In this document: in pieces, positions 40,718 through 50,749 of the stretch
Layout: the number at the start of each line of letters is the position of its first letter
How positions within the stretch are numbered: position 1 is the first letter of the stretch
Virus record (IMG/VR): IMGVR_UViG_3300031993_000008
Span: 64,001-128,000 of that record
Origin: a virus
Taxonomy: Duplodnaviria; Caudoviricetes
Strand: one strand, 5' to 3'
Length of the DNA stretch: 64,000 bases
Translations under genes and position numbers: made by a program
The notes under the pieces: generated by a model
The model's database searches: none
What the model saw: only the letters and a program-made list of their open reading frames with translations
Told to the model about the DNA's origin: nothing

Positions 40718-41188
40718 TTAAAACAATGATTTTTCTGATTCATTTTCTGTTTCACTGGTATCATTTTTAACCAATGTCTTTTCCTTATTATTAAAAAAAT
40801 TAGATTTTATCAGTTTGAGTGCATTATCTACCTCATCCTTATTGATGGCATATGCCTCTTCAACTTCCCTGATACCACACTCATTGATTTCCATATACTT
40901 ATTAAGGACATCATCTTCATAATATGTCCTGATGGTCTCCTTCTTCTTTTTCTGGTCAATCCTGGTCTTCAAGAAATCAGGGATACCACTATATCTCATA
41001 GCAAGCATTGCAACAATTTCAGAAGACATCAGAGGATCAGTATCCAGTCTGTTGATAAGTTCACACTGAATTGGGAATTGTGCAGAGAAAAGTCTTCTCA
41101 ACATATAGGAATGTTTTCTCTTGTCATCCTTGGATACTGCACCGGAATTACGGTTACAATAACAATTCAATACTTCAAACAACTGCAT
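40718..41188 (-). CDS. Hypothetical protein, possibly gp62-like clamp loader small subunit
   Basis: LFEVLN..YMLRRLFS..INR pattern weakly resembles gp62 homologues; follows RNase H. Confidence 0.4.
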   Translation of the reverse strand: MQLFEVLNCYCNRNSGAVSKDDKRKHSYMLRRLFSAQFPIQCELINRLDTDPLMSSEIVAMLAMRYSGIPDFLKTRIDQKKKKETIRTYYEDDVLNKYMEINECGIREVEEAYAINKDEVDNALKLIKSNFFNNKEKTLVKNDTSETENESEKSLF

Positions 41189-41190
41189 AC

Positions 41191-42375
41191 TTATCCTTTA
41201 ATAAAACTCATATCATCATCGTCCTTGATTCCCTTCATCACATTACTCCTCATCTGGATACTGGTCTTGTAATCCTTGAACCTTGACTTGGAGAAGATAG
41301 TTTCCTTTGTAATCTTTGAAAGGATTGCCGGATTCTTTGCATTTTCAATCTCAATATCAGTTCCCATATTGGTGATGACATCTTCAGGAATACTCTCATC
41401 TGTCAATGATACAAGAGAGGTATTGGTCTTTATGTTCTCAAACAACATCCTCCTGGTGAACTCCTCATCATTTATCTTGGCAACATCATAAATGACATTA
41501 CACAAGAGTTTAATAGTATCCTCCTGTCCATAGATGTGGTAATCAAACTCACAACCCAGTTTATCCTTGAACTGGTCATATATCTTCTCAACAGTCTTGG
41601 GACCAAGACCCTTTGCCCTGGTTTCCTCTGTTGCTGCCTTGTAATATACAGGGAATATGTTGTCTGATGTATCACCACCGACAATCTTCATAAACCTCAC
41701 CTTCTCCGGATCCACCACTTCAATGTTCACTCCTTCAACAAATCTCTCGAATGGGTCATTCTCAATTGAGATTGTGAAATACTCATTGAACAGATTCTCC
41801 TGGGTGATCTGCCTGTTACTCAACTTCTTTATCTCCTTGTCTGATGTTTCAGACACCCAAAGTTTATTATTCACAGGACCATACTGAATGATATGTACAC
41901 CATTAACACACTTCACCAACTGGTTAAGATCCCTGTCAGTGGAAAGTATGAGACTTGACTTACCTTCATTGAAAAGATATTCACTCCATGCATAAATCAA
42001 ATCATCACCCTCACTTCTTTCAACCTGACTCACCTTCACACCAACAGACCTCAATGTGTCAGCAAAATTGGATATGACTTTGTTGAAATTATTCTTGTCT
42101 ATGTCTTCCTGAACTTTCTTCCTGTTACCTTTATACTCCTGCTGAAGAAGAAGATCCTTTCTCCAGGAATGACTGTCCATAATAAACACAACATCATTGA
42201 TGATTGGATTCACCTGTTTGATAACAGAACAGAAATCAACCATCAACTTCTTTTCAAAGGTATCCATATCCTTCTGTGTAGAGAGAACCTTTGACTTACC
42301 TCCCTGACGGAAAGTAGACCAAAGACTTCTGAAGAAGAAGTTATGTCCGTCTATAATTAATGTAAATCTTTTCAT
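41191..42375 (-). CDS. rnh: T4 RNase H-like 5'-3' exonuclease/flap nuclease
   Basis: LIIDGHN, SWRK..EYKGNRK, EGDDLI, STDRDLNQL, GDTSDNI, GLGPKT. Confidence 0.9.
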   Translation of the reverse strand: MKRFTLIIDGHNFFFRSLWSTFRQGGKSKVLSTQKDMDTFEKKLMVDFCSVIKQVNPIINDVVFIMDSHSWRKDLLLQQEYKGNRKKVQEDIDKNNFNKVISNFADTLRSVGVKVSQVERSEGDDLIYAWSEYLFNEGKSSLILSTDRDLNQLVKCVNGVHIIQYGPVNNKLWVSETSDKEIKKLSNRQITQENLFNEYFTISIENDPFERFVEGVNIEVVDPEKVRFMKIVGGDTSDNIFPVYYKAATEETRAKGLGPKTVEKIYDQFKDKLGCEFDYHIYGQEDTIKLLCNVIYDVAKINDEEFTRRMLFENIKTNTSLVSLTDESIPEDVITNMGTDIEIENAKNPAILSKITKETIFSKSRFKDYKTSIQMRSNVMKGIKDDDDMSFIKG

Positions 42376-42395
42376 ACAATATAAATATAACAAAA

Positions 42396-43094
42396 TTAGT
42401 CAACATAATTGGTTAAAACTCTGATATTTGGTTTTTGTTCCCGTATCAGTTGAGGAAACAAAGCGAAATAATCATATATGTTCTTATCCAACTGGTTAAG
42501 TTCCTCCTTGTTGTTATTGAGAAACATACTTATGAAACTGATATAGTCATCATATGCAAAATCCAAAAGGAACTTTCTGTCAAGATATGAGTTGGGAATC
42601 TGACCATTACATATGAATATCCTGTTGAGCATATCTATTATTCTCTGTGAAAACATATCAGCAAGGTTGAACTCCATCTTATCAACATTATAGATATACC
42701 TCTTAATCAACTTCTTCTTGTCTTTCAACAGGAGAAGTTTATATGTCTTATCTATCTCTTCATCATAAGTGAACTTGAAAGTGATGTATTTGAGTTTCTT
42801 GAACATCCTCAATGAACTAATCATTATATTCATAATATCCTTATTCACATCCAGTTTCAATGAATCCTGATATGCCTGACAACAGATGAAGACATTCAAA
42901 GCATCAATCGCCGGAACATCCTTCCATACATCATCTTCAGTCTTATACTGGGGAAGCATCAGTTCAAAAGTATTTTCAAGACCAAGAACACAAAAGTCAC
43001 TCAAAGGACAGAACAGGGTAATGGTATGTATCTGATTTATCCTTGATATTACATCATCTCTATCTCCTTTTGTGTAATATTCGTTTTTATCCAT
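42396..43094 (-). CDS. Hypothetical protein
   Basis: 232 aa; middle promoter at 43118-43130. Confidence 0.75.
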   Translation of the reverse strand: MDKNEYYTKGDRDDVISRINQIHTITLFCPLSDFCVLGLENTFELMLPQYKTEDDVWKDVPAIDALNVFICCQAYQDSLKLDVNKDIMNIMISSLRMFKKLKYITFKFTYDEEIDKTYKLLLLKDKKKLIKRYIYNVDKMEFNLADMFSQRIIDMLNRIFICNGQIPNSYLDRKFLLDFAYDDYISFISMFLNNNKEELNQLDKNIYDYFALFPQLIREQKPNIRVLTNYVD

Positions 43095-43132
43095 AAATAT
43101 TTAATAATTATCTTTTGTAAAAATAACAAAAT

Positions 43133-43624
43133 ATGACAGGAATCAAAGACCTGAAACCCAGAAGAGGTGGACAATTCAAACAAGGTTATTATGAACCAGT
43201 CTATCCTCAAAAGTACAAGACCAATACAAAGCAGATTATTTATAGGTCTTCATGGGAGTTCAAACTGTGTAAATGGTTTGATCTCACACCGGAAGTATTG
43301 GAATGGGCGTCAGAACCTGTATCAATAAAGTACTTCTTTACCCTGGACAATAAAATGCACACTTATTATCCGGATTTCTATTTCGCCTTTCAGAAACCTG
43401 ATGGCAGGATAGTGAAGTATATAGTTGAGGTAAAACCAACAACACAACTTCAGAAACCTGAAGAACCTAAAAGGAAAACAGTCAATGCTGTAAAGAATTA
43501 CAATTACTTGATGGAAGCATACATCAAGAATACTTGTAAGAGGCAATATGCGAAGAAATGGTGTTCTGAAAATGGTTATGTCTTTGTTTATGTCACAGAG
43601 AAGTCCAACTTGAATTTTTTATAA
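43133..43624 (+). CDS. gp4-like head completion nuclease (TnsA-N fold)
   Basis: QGYY.P.YPQKY, IYRSSWE, WASEP..I.Y, YYPDF, VEVKP; late promoter at 43092. Confidence 0.85.
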   Translation: MTGIKDLKPRRGGQFKQGYYEPVYPQKYKTNTKQIIYRSSWEFKLCKWFDLTPEVLEWASEPVSIKYFFTLDNKMHTYYPDFYFAFQKPDGRIVKYIVEVKPTTQLQKPEEPKRKTVNAVKNYNYLMEAYIKNTCKRQYAKKWCSENGYVFVYVTEKSNLNFL

Positions 43625-43691
43625 CTATTATTCTTATAATATACAAACGGGCCATTTCTCATAAATATTATACATAAGATAATTGTCTTTA

Positions 43692-46562
43692 ATGCCAGCA
43701 GATAAGAGTTTAAAGGATCTGTCTAATGCAGTCTATAGGATTGCAGAGAATTCACCAAAGATTCAGAAGGATGTCAAGGATATCAGGGATGCTGTATGTG
43801 GTACAGAAGGTATCCTTGAGTCTTTACATACTATTGGTGAAAAGATTGATGGATCCCAGAAAAAAGATGTTCTGTCAAGGACATCAGGTAGGAGGACAGA
43901 TCCTGGCTTGAACACAAAGAAAATCCTCAAAAGTACAAGTTCAATTACCTCCCTTCTCAAGAAAATACTTGGTAGTGTTGATTCCATTTCATCAAAGGGT
44001 GGAAGAAACAGAAGATTACATGCAGAGAATTTCAGAAGGGATGATGACAGAAGAGTCAGGAATGTAAAAGGTCTTGAATCATTGTCAAAATCTGTAGAAA
44101 TTATAGAAAGACTCAAGAATATCAAACTCAAGGATTTCATCTTTGCAAAGAGAAAGATGAAGAATATAGGTAAGATAATGGGAAGAGCCTTGTCTATGTT
44201 CAGGAACTTCAAAAATCAAAAGGAAGTTGATGGTACAGTTGGGTTGGTCAACTCATCAATAGAGATAATGAATAAACTCAAAAAGGTATGGTTGATATCC
44301 AAACCTGCCCAGTGGGGTGAAAAGGCAATTGAAAAGGTATTACTTGGAGGTAAAAAGAATCCAAAAGGAGGTCTTCTTGGAATATTCAGAAAACTCAGTA
44401 AAAATCAAAGACACATAAAGAAAGGTAAGAAATCAATTAATGATATTCTCAAATCATGTGGATCATTCCTGTTGACATCTATGATTCTTGTTGGTATTGC
44501 TGCTGTCTCAGTACCTGCTATGTTGGGAGCTCTTCTTATGAAGGGTGTTGTGTGGTTACTTGTAGGAACATATAAATTCCTCAGTAAGTCTGCCAAATCT
44601 GTAACAAAGGGTTCTATTGTATTGCTGTTGATGAGTTCAAGTGTAATCACATTTGCTCTTGGACTTGGAGTTATGGCAATAGCAACAAAACATATGAGTT
44701 GGAAACAATTTGGAATGATGATGGCAAGTATTGGTGCCCTTGGTACAACAATGGCAGTACTTGGTATTCCTGTTGTTGCTGCCCTTGCTGCTCTTGGTAG
44801 TTCTGTATTGTTACTGATGGGTGCATCCCTTGGTGTATTTGCATTATCTCTTTTGGCATGGAGTAAGGTTGATGCAAAACCGGCAATGAATAATATCAAG
44901 ATAGCCGTCAATGGATTGAAGGAAGTGTTTGGTCTTGATTCAAATAAAAATGAAGGTGAAAAGAAACCATTTCTCAAAAAACTTGCCGGAGGAGTTATGG
45001 ATATTGCTATGGCAGTTCTTAACTTTGGTAAGATGTTCCTTACAATGGGAACATTACTTCTTACTGGCGCTGCATTAGGATTGTTGTATAAAGGTATAAA
45101 ACCTTGGTCAAATTTTGATGGAAGAAAAGCCGCTGGAAATATCAGAACTGCCATCAATGCTTTGAAAGATGTGTTTGGTCTTAATGAAGTAAAGGGAGAT
45201 AACTCTAGTAAATTAAAGGGAATAGGTGGAAGTATCCTTGATATAGGTATTGCAATATTACAGGGTGGAAAGGCACTTATGCAACTTGGTACAATTGTTT
45301 TTGCAACAGCAATGATGGACATTGTAAGACTTACAATGATACCCTGGATAAAAGATTTTGATTCCAAGAAAGCAGCAACAAATATGAAGACTGCTATTGA
45401 TGCATTGAAAGATACCTTTGGTCTTGAAGATAGAAATGGTGAAGATATTAAGTCAAATGCAAAAGGTGGATTGAATGATTTGATAGGTCTTGCATCTTCA
45501 ATATTTCAGATGGGTTCAACATTTGCCAGGATGGGTACACTTGTCTTTGCAACAGCCATGATGGATGTTATAAGACTTACATTGATTCCTTGGAACAATT
45601 ACAATCCAGTACCTGCTATTGGTAATATGGAAACTGCCGTAAAGGGATTGTCTGAATGTTTCGGATTGAGAGAAAACAACCAGAGTGTAAAAGACAGTAT
45701 TCTTGGTTCTATTTCAGATTTGTTCTCACTTGGTTCAGGTCTTATCAAGATGGGTGACACATTTGTCAGGATGGGTACACTCCTTATTGCTACCGGAGCA
45801 ATGAATAAGATTAAGGACAACCTTATGGTTTGGGAAAGTTACAAACCTACCAATGCAATAACAAACATCAGAACTACTGTTGACAGTCTTCTTGATGTAT
45901 TTGGTCTTACAGGAATTAAGAGAATGGAAGATGAGATTAATAATGATTCTTCTGGTAGATTTGGAAAGGTACTTGGAAAGATTGGTAATGCTCTTGCTAA
46001 ACCATTTGAATTAGTAACCTCTTTGGCTGATACAGCTGTAGCCGCTGCTGAAGGAGGAAAGTCAATGTTGAAGATGTCAAGTATCCTTAATGTTACATCT
46101 ACAATGGCAACCATAAAGGGTACACTTGAATCATGGGAAACATTTAATCCATCAAAGTCATTGGAACCTTTTAACAAGAGTATCCGTAGTGTTAATACAT
46201 TGGATATTGAAAAGGCATCAATAATGATTGACCTCTTCAAGTCATTCACTAATATTAAACAGAAACCATTTGACAAGTTTACAATGTCTGTAAATAAGTT
46301 TTCAGAATCTTGTGCTGAACTCATTGAAGCTCTTAATAACTTCAATGGTAGTAATATCAATAGTGTAGAAATCACAGATAAAAATAATGATACTGTTATC
46401 ACAAGAACTGAAAATGTCAATATCAATAATCCAGAATCTTTGGCCCAGGCAATTGCAAAAGCAATCAAATCACTGCCTGTCAATGTTGAGACTAATATGT
46501 CTGATATCAGGTTGGTTGTTGATGGTGTATCAGGTAAAAAGGTTGTACTTTCATTAGAATAA
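43692..46562 (+). CDS. Tape-measure/hub (gp29-like) candidate with hydrophobic region and about 80-aa repeats
   Basis: Ala/Gly/Leu-rich helical sequence; five AxxNxxxAxxxLxxxFGL repeats; late promoter at 43660; next to gp26/gp51-like genes. Confidence 0.55.
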   Translation: MPADKSLKDLSNAVYRIAENSPKIQKDVKDIRDAVCGTEGILESLHTIGEKIDGSQKKDVLSRTSGRRTDPGLNTKKILKSTSSITSLLKKILGSVDSISSKGGRNRRLHAENFRRDDDRRVRNVKGLESLSKSVEIIERLKNIKLKDFIFAKRKMKNIGKIMGRALSMFRNFKNQKEVDGTVGLVNSSIEIMNKLKKVWLISKPAQWGEKAIEKVLLGGKKNPKGGLLGIFRKLSKNQRHIKKGKKSINDILKSCGSFLLTSMILVGIAAVSVPAMLGALLMKGVVWLLVGTYKFLSKSAKSVTKGSIVLLLMSSSVITFALGLGVMAIATKHMSWKQFGMMMASIGALGTTMAVLGIPVVAALAALGSSVLLLMGASLGVFALSLLAWSKVDAKPAMNNIKIAVNGLKEVFGLDSNKNEGEKKPFLKKLAGGVMDIAMAVLNFGKMFLTMGTLLLTGAALGLLYKGIKPWSNFDGRKAAGNIRTAINALKDVFGLNEVKGDNSSKLKGIGGSILDIGIAILQGGKALMQLGTIVFATAMMDIVRLTMIPWIKDFDSKKAATNMKTAIDALKDTFGLEDRNGEDIKSNAKGGLNDLIGLASSIFQMGSTFARMGTLVFATAMMDVIRLTLIPWNNYNPVPAIGNMETAVKGLSECFGLRENNQSVKDSILGSISDLFSLGSGLIKMGDTFVRMGTLLIATGAMNKIKDNLMVWESYKPTNAITNIRTTVDSLLDVFGLTGIKRMEDEINNDSSGRFGKVLGKIGNALAKPFELVTSLADTAVAAAEGGKSMLKMSSILNVTSTMATIKGTLESWETFNPSKSLEPFNKSIRSVNTLDIEKASIMIDLFKSFTNIKQKPFDKFTMSVNKFSESCAELIEALNNFNGSNINSVEITDKNNDTVITRTENVNINNPESLAQAIAKAIKSLPVNVETNMSDIRLVVDGVSGKKVVLSLE

Positions 46563-46602
46563 TTTTTTTGTTATATTTAATTTATACTATAGTTTTATAA
46601 TT

Positions 46603-47586
46603 ATGAAGATAAGTGAAGACAATTACGAAGAGCAGGTCCGCAAAGAATTTGAAACTACTCAGGAAAAATCAGAAGAAACCAATGTAGTTAAGGATCTTGG
46701 TAGGGTTCAACTCAATAAGGATATAGATGATCCAGACCTTGACAGAATCAAGGGTTCTATGGATTATGTAAATATTCCTCTTGATACTCTTCCAAGTGGT
46801 GGTAGATTCTATCCAGAAGGAACACGAATTCTTATTCGTGCTGCAAGAGTTGGTGAAATCAGAGAGTTCTCAATCATTAATGAGGAAGATCCAAAGGACA
46901 TCAGGGATAAAATGACCTACATTGTTTCACAGTGTACAAAGGTTTATTATGGAAATACCCCTGGTCATTACAAGGATATTCTTGAGGATGACAGGATTGT
47001 TCTTGTGTTCAAGATAAGGGAACTTACCTTTACAGATGCAAGACAGAGTATTAAGATTCCTGTACCAGAAGGTTCATGTCAGACACCTGGTTGTCATCCA
47101 CAGGAGACTGTTGATTTTGATTCAAGTAAACTTGAGTTCTTACATCCAAGTGAAAAACTTGAAAAGTATTATGACCCAGTTGAGAGATGTTATAACATCC
47201 AGACTAAGAGTTTTGGTACAATCAAATTATATCCTCCTACAATTGGAGTGACATCTATTGTTGCTGATTGGATAAGAGAACAGCAGAGAGAAGATAAAAA
47301 AATTGATGCAGCTCTTACTGATATTCTTCTTTATACTATTAAAGATTGGAGGACATTCTCATCAAAACAGATATTTCCAAAGATTACCGAGATGGCAGGA
47401 TGGTCAACAGAGAAGTTTGCATTGGTTCTCAGACTCAAAGATGAAATTACAGTTGGTATTGAGTTTGAAATAAAAGAAAGATGTGCTCAGTGCGGAGGTG
47501 AGTTGACTATCCCAGTTTCCTTTCCCGAAGGATTCAGATCCTTATTTGTTCCGACAATTTCTGATCTCGGAGACGAACTTTTATGA
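46603..47586 (+). CDS. gp26-like baseplate hub assembly protein
   Basis: LPSGGRFY..IRAARVGE, DRIVLVFKIRELT, CAQCG..IPVSF..LF. Confidence 0.7.
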   Translation: MKISEDNYEEQVRKEFETTQEKSEETNVVKDLGRVQLNKDIDDPDLDRIKGSMDYVNIPLDTLPSGGRFYPEGTRILIRAARVGEIREFSIINEEDPKDIRDKMTYIVSQCTKVYYGNTPGHYKDILEDDRIVLVFKIRELTFTDARQSIKIPVPEGSCQTPGCHPQETVDFDSSKLEFLHPSEKLEKYYDPVERCYNIQTKSFGTIKLYPPTIGVTSIVADWIREQQREDKKIDAALTDILLYTIKDWRTFSSKQIFPKITEMAGWSTEKFALVLRLKDEITVGIEFEIKERCAQCGGELTIPVSFPEGFRSLFVPTISDLGDELL

Positions 47587-47833
47587 TAATATTGTAATTG
47601 CTATGGAAAAACTCCATATGCAGTGGGATGTTATAATGAGTTTGAATTTCTATGATTTCCAGAATATCCTTGACAGTTATACAAGGATACTTGAACAGAG
47701 AAAGGAAGAAGAGGAGGCAGAGATGAAGAAACAGGGTTATGATGAAAAGACTATGAACCCTCAAAATCTGATGAGTCAGGCAAAAAAGAATATGCCAAAA
47801 ATGCCTACAATAAATACTCCAAAGATAGGTTAG
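47546..47833 (+). CDS. gp51-like hub assembly chaperone (start uncertain)
   Basis: FYDNIVIAMEKLHMQWDVIMSLNFYDFQNILDSY followed by coiled coil; overlaps the gp26-like gene. Confidence 0.55.
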   Translation: MFRQFLISETNFYDNIVIAMEKLHMQWDVIMSLNFYDFQNILDSYTRILEQRKEEEEAEMKKQGYDEKTMNPQNLMSQAKKNMPKMPTINTPKIG

Positions 47834-47859
47834 CTGATCTGATGACAGAAACAGTTTCG

Positions 47860-47891
47860 GGGCCCGCAAGACATAGAATCTTTGCGGGCCC
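47860..47891. terminator. Strong GC-rich hairpin between convergent genes
   Basis: GGGCCCGCAAG...CTTTGCGGGCCC. Confidence 0.75.
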
Positions 47892-47918
47892 TGTTGTTTT
47901 ATATGGTAAATTCAGATG

Positions 47919-50744
47919 TTAATTATTATGTACATTACCAAGGTCTTTGGTGGTTTTTCTTTCTTTTTCTTCCTCACCTTCAACCTTACCTATATATTCC
48001 ATAGTATCAATATCAACAACCTTACTGTTCATAGCATTACCAAGATTCTTTGTAACAACTGTTGCCTTTTCCTTATCATTAAGGTATCCATATATATTAC
48101 CTATATTCAAAGCATCAGCTGCTTTCTTTGGAGGAATACCTGTTGATGCAGATATACCTGTTACAATTTTTCTCAATGCATCATCCATTGCTGTCAGTTC
48201 CTGATTCTTTTGTGAAACAGAACCTAATGCAAAGTTATTGACAACTGTTGTCTTATAGTGGTCATCAACAGCAACAGAAGCATCACGTCTGATATAATCC
48301 CTGTAATCATTGTTATTTACATTACCCAGGACACTCTTATCGAACCACCTTCTGAAGTTTCCATCAATACCAACAGTATTTTTTCTGTCACCCCAACTAC
48401 TATTACTCAAAGAATCTTTCAGACTCTGGTAGTTACTTATTTCACCAGGTTTGATTTCATTGAAATTCTTATTAAGTACATACTTCCTCAAGTCTTCAAA
48501 TGGCAGGAAGTTGATTACACAGTTACCATAAGTAAATGTGAATTTTGTTTTTCTTGCCTCATTATTAGGTAAATTTGAAACACTGTCAAACAATCCACCG
48601 GTTTCATTAGGAACAATCTCACAGTCAAAGAACTTGAACTCAATTGCTGATACATAATTAAGGGCAAACTCTGCAATAGGAAACAAATCACCACTGTCCT
48701 CAACATTTGGGTTATTGATAGAGTTCTTGAAGTTCCTGATGTCATGTACAAAAATAGAACAATTGAATCTCCTCAAATTGATAGGTACTCTCTCCCTTCT
48801 GTATTGTCTGTCATAAGCTGCATTGAAATACTTGTTAAACATTGATGTGACCCTCAAATCAAGAAACTCCATACATTCAATTGAAATCTTGTCATCTCCA
48901 GAACCCATATAAGGATCCTTTATTTCAAAATATTTATTATATGCTTCATCAAGACCGGTTATTGACTGGAACACATAAGGAGTTTCATTTATGAGTTTTT
49001 TCATATCCCTGGTGAATCCCAGCATATCATACACTGTCTGGGGAATTTCAAACAGTTCCCTGGTATTTCTTGTTTGGGGATCTACATAATCTGAAGAAGG
49101 AAGACTGCTGTTTCTTGTTACACTATTTACATCCCTGTTCTGATAATCCTCAATTGTTGAAATATTATCTTTTGTATTCTGTAAATCATTTATCCTATAC
49201 TCTTTTTTTGTATAATCATCATTTTCAAGTTCTTTCTTTGCCTGAAGATAATTATAACATAAACTATTTGGTGCAGGATTGTTTTCAGAACCTATTGTAC
49301 CATCAGGATGTGTACCAAATATATCATTTTCTTTTTTTCTTAAATCTTCATTCTTTTTATTAATAATATCATTTGCACTATTGGCAGATTTGATATTTTC
49401 TATATTTGCCTTTGTTACAAATGCAATCTTTTTGATATATGAATCCAGGTCATCCTTGTTTATCTCTTTTTTCAAACTCTTTTCTTCATTTTCTAAATCC
49501 TTCAATGAAGGGAGTTTAAATGTGGCGGTGGTGGATTTTTTATTCACTTCCTTCTTTTCACCTGAAGGACTGTTGTACATAGAGTCTGTACCTTCCACCA
49601 AAGAAACAAATTCTGCCCAGACATTGTTTATTGAATTCTTGACATCATTCAATACACTGTCATCAACTGTTGTTTTGAGTTTATCTGTATTACTTGAAAG
49701 TGTTGATTTGTAATCATTCAATGATTGTTTGATGTCCAATGTTTCGGATTCTATGCTGTTTTTCTCATTTTCAATCTCTTTTTTCAATTTTGCATACTCT
49801 TCAATTTCCTTCTGGTATGTCTCTTTTAATGCTTCAACATCCTTCTTTTTATTTTCATGTGCAGTTTCAAGTTCCTGCATTTCTTCTTTCTCTTTTGCAA
49901 TCTGCATATCTATTGCTGCTGCTTCAGAACCAATCTTACATTTTACAACACGGTTTGGATCTGGTTGTGGTGAGAATTGAGAGGTTTCACCTTTATAATC
50001 AGTAGCAATCCTGGATGATTCAATACCATTACTGATAAGAGCATCCCTTACTGTCTCAACTCTTCTTTTTGACAAGTCTATATTATGTTGACTGGTACCA
50101 ACCTCACTTGCATAACCAGTAAGTTGTATGGAACTGTCAGGTTGATTATTCATTGATTCAACAAGTTCATTTATCTTTGTGTTCTCACTGGGACTGATAA
50201 AATCCTCATCATTACCAAATAAAATATCCTGTTCATTCTTGAATGAGTTCAGAATATCACTGTAATCATCAAGAATACTTCTGTCAGGAGTACCATTACC
50301 CAAATCTGTAACACCAAAGTCATCTGTATATGTACCTATTGAAACCTTATCAACCATATAAATATAATCAGCAGCACCATAAAGAACATTGTCTATATAG
50401 TGTTTATCCCATAAACCATAACCAGGTCTCCTTCTGTTGTCAGTACCAAATGGATTCTTTGTGTCTATTGTCAATATTTCATATGTACTTGGGTTACCCA
50501 AAATATCAATGGCATTGACCTGATTAAGTTTATTCTCTATACTTTTTGCAATTTCTGTATTTGTTCCATCTGGTGATCTCAAACTGTCTGTAAATTCCTG
50601 TTCACAAAGAGAATAGAACAATGGAGAATGAAGTTTGTCAATATCAAAGGTAAATCCGGTAAATATCGGATCCTCAATACTGTTCCTTGAATTTTGACAA
50701 TACTTGGTCAAAAGATTATGTGTATTCAAAAATTTTATGTCCAT
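47919..50744 (-). CDS. Structural-cluster protein with an inserted OmpA-like peptidoglycan-binding domain and coiled coil
   Basis: IQLTGYASEVGTSQHNIDLSKRRVETVRDALISNGI..KGE..NRVV is an OmpA_C signature. Confidence 0.75.
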   Translation of the reverse strand: MDIKFLNTHNLLTKYCQNSRNSIEDPIFTGFTFDIDKLHSPLFYSLCEQEFTDSLRSPDGTNTEIAKSIENKLNQVNAIDILGNPSTYEILTIDTKNPFGTDNRRRPGYGLWDKHYIDNVLYGAADYIYMVDKVSIGTYTDDFGVTDLGNGTPDRSILDDYSDILNSFKNEQDILFGNDEDFISPSENTKINELVESMNNQPDSSIQLTGYASEVGTSQHNIDLSKRRVETVRDALISNGIESSRIATDYKGETSQFSPQPDPNRVVKCKIGSEAAAIDMQIAKEKEEMQELETAHENKKKDVEALKETYQKEIEEYAKLKKEIENEKNSIESETLDIKQSLNDYKSTLSSNTDKLKTTVDDSVLNDVKNSINNVWAEFVSLVEGTDSMYNSPSGEKKEVNKKSTTATFKLPSLKDLENEEKSLKKEINKDDLDSYIKKIAFVTKANIENIKSANSANDIINKKNEDLRKKENDIFGTHPDGTIGSENNPAPNSLCYNYLQAKKELENDDYTKKEYRINDLQNTKDNISTIEDYQNRDVNSVTRNSSLPSSDYVDPQTRNTRELFEIPQTVYDMLGFTRDMKKLINETPYVFQSITGLDEAYNKYFEIKDPYMGSGDDKISIECMEFLDLRVTSMFNKYFNAAYDRQYRRERVPINLRRFNCSIFVHDIRNFKNSINNPNVEDSGDLFPIAEFALNYVSAIEFKFFDCEIVPNETGGLFDSVSNLPNNEARKTKFTFTYGNCVINFLPFEDLRKYVLNKNFNEIKPGEISNYQSLKDSLSNSSWGDRKNTVGIDGNFRRWFDKSVLGNVNNNDYRDYIRRDASVAVDDHYKTTVVNNFALGSVSQKNQELTAMDDALRKIVTGISASTGIPPKKAADALNIGNIYGYLNDKEKATVVTKNLGNAMNSKVVDIDTMEYIGKVEGEEEKERKTTKDLGNVHNN

Positions 50745-50749
50745 AGTCT

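Noticed and set aside
43133-43624. Tn7 TnsA transposon
   Set aside because: Matches T4 gp4 head-completion motifs, has a late promoter and has no TnsB/TnsC neighbours.
44405-45367. Long antisense ORFs (e.g. 44405..45367, 274..846, 27001..27417)
   Set aside because: Shadows of the sense-strand codon bias; no promoters or recognisable motifs.
47834-47918. tRNA or ncRNA in the GC-rich intergenic segment
   Set aside because: Only a single hairpin, no cloverleaf; adequately explained as a terminator.
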